A stretch of DNA of 63,981 bases, filler included, from Reticulomyxa filosa (Eukaryota > Protista > Foraminifera): the NCBI GenBank assembly GCA_000512085.1. It is 23 parts of 23 records of this genome, joined end to end, with 100 filler letters (N's around TTAATTAATTAA, not from the genome) between each part and the next. Parts side by side here need not be neighbours in the genome. Positions count along the whole stretch, not along the records: positions 62,860 to 63,981 come from ASPP01008475.1; 22 more parts are not named here. The stretch is one strand, 5' to 3'. Position numbers and translations under genes: made by a program. The notes under the pieces were generated by a model. It was given only the letters and a program-made list of their open reading frames with translations. It searched no databases and was not told the DNA's origin. Shown here in pieces: positions 62,860 through 63,981 of the stretch. The number at the start of each line of letters is the position of its first letter. Positions within the stretch are counted from its first letter, which is position 1.

Positions 62860-63981
62860 CAATGGCAATGGCAATGGCAATGGCAATGGCAATGGCAATG
62901 ACAGCAACGGCAACGGCGACGGCGACGGAGTCACTGGTGCTAGCTTGGACACTTCCTTGCTGCGCTTGGCCACTATGTCGCCACCACATTCCCCTGCGTC
63001 ACGAACCCGGGGGGTCTCCGCGCTTCAGCCCATGCCTGCTTTGAGCCTGCCTTCTGCCTCTACGCCTGGTACACAAATTCACTTTCTTTTTTTTTTTTTT
63101 TTTTAAACGAGCATACATATACATATACATATACCCTAAAAAAATAAAAAAAAAAAAAAGGGAACGGCAGGGTCAGCACGGGTAGCATTAGCAAGATAAC
63201 TCCGAGTCGCAACCGCTCAGTGACCAACAGCACTGCTGCTTCACCAATTGGAGTGGGCAAAGCCAATGGCTCTCAACGTAGTCGGACTGCCACTGTCGCC
63301 TCCATGACAGAGTTGCCCCAACAAGTAGTTGAAGAAATCGGACAGTACGAAATGCGAATTCAAGAATTGGAAACTGCAGTTATTTAATACTCATTTGTGT
63401 TACTCGCGTTATAGTCTTTTGTGTGGTAAATAATTTGTGTGTGTGTGTGTTAATGTATTTGGTTGAATCGAAAAGCTAAACCTAGAACGCAAACGGACGA
63501 TGACGCTGTCAGTGCATCGGGAACAAAATGAACAGCTGCAAAACCAAGTGAAGGAAGTGGAGAAGAAAGCGCAGCTGTCTGCGAAAAAAGAAGAAACGTC
63601 AAAAATCAGATCAACTTCTTTCAAAAAGAATTGCACGACTGCAATTTGATTACTATGATTTGTGGCTGGGAAGATGTACGTATGTGTGTATATGTCATAT
63701 ACATATATACACATATATATATATATATTTTTTTTTTTTTTCTCTCCTCACTCTATTTACACGTAGACATATGTGGGTAGGAAGTACACATCACTCAATT
63801 ATTCCTCTTTTTTTAAAAAAAAAAAAAAAATGAAAAAAAAAAGGGGATCTAAATTTGGACATTGAGCAAGCGAAAGAAGACGCACGAATGTACAAAACGA
63901 AATGGAGCACAAGCCAAAAACAACTGTTTGGAGCCAAACGTGAAATTGATCAATTGCAAGAGCGCGTAGATGCGCTGACAA
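62860..63981 (+). CDS. Internal exons of a Gly-Asn-repeat, coiled-coil hypothetical protein
   Basis: (GGCAAT)n start; in-frame intron 63069-63160; coiled-coil segments IGQYEMRIQELETA and EQNEQLQNQVKEVEKK. Confidence 0.6.

Overview
This is not one locus. It is 23 short contigs of an AT-rich, intron-containing eukaryotic genome joined by an artificial 100-bp spacer (44 N + TTAATTAATTAA + 44 N, 22 copies), so adjacency across spacers means nothing. The gene families resemble those I recall from the foraminiferan Reticulomyxa filosa (inference, not verified). These include expanded WD40 and Kelch-like propellers sharing an 'IIQHWIRILxIKLGWIxDFDK' module and many Asn/Gln homopolymer proteins. Recognisable content: one intact and five partial or damaged WD40 paralogues, two Kelch-like genes, and a PP2A methylesterase (PPME1). 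Further partial genes encode an ABHD17/13-like hydrolase, a glycogenin/GT8-like protein lacking DxD, an AIG1-like P-loop GTPase, a giant ZZEF1/HECTD4-like protein, and PUB-like, PB1-like, SH2-like and ADP-ribosyltransferase-like fragments. Mobile DNA comprises decayed Tc1/mariner transposases, TIR/MITE copies and a LINE reverse-transcriptase relic. The best leads are (1) a symmetric 33-34-codon exon shuffled onto both WD40 (N-terminal) and Kelch (C-terminal) propellers, a candidate lineage-specific F-box/SOCS-box-like adaptor library, (2) an ExE-type ART domain, (3) an SH2-like domain, and (4) introns ending in poly(A)-AG rather than a polypyrimidine tract. No rRNA, tRNA or CRISPR array was recognised.
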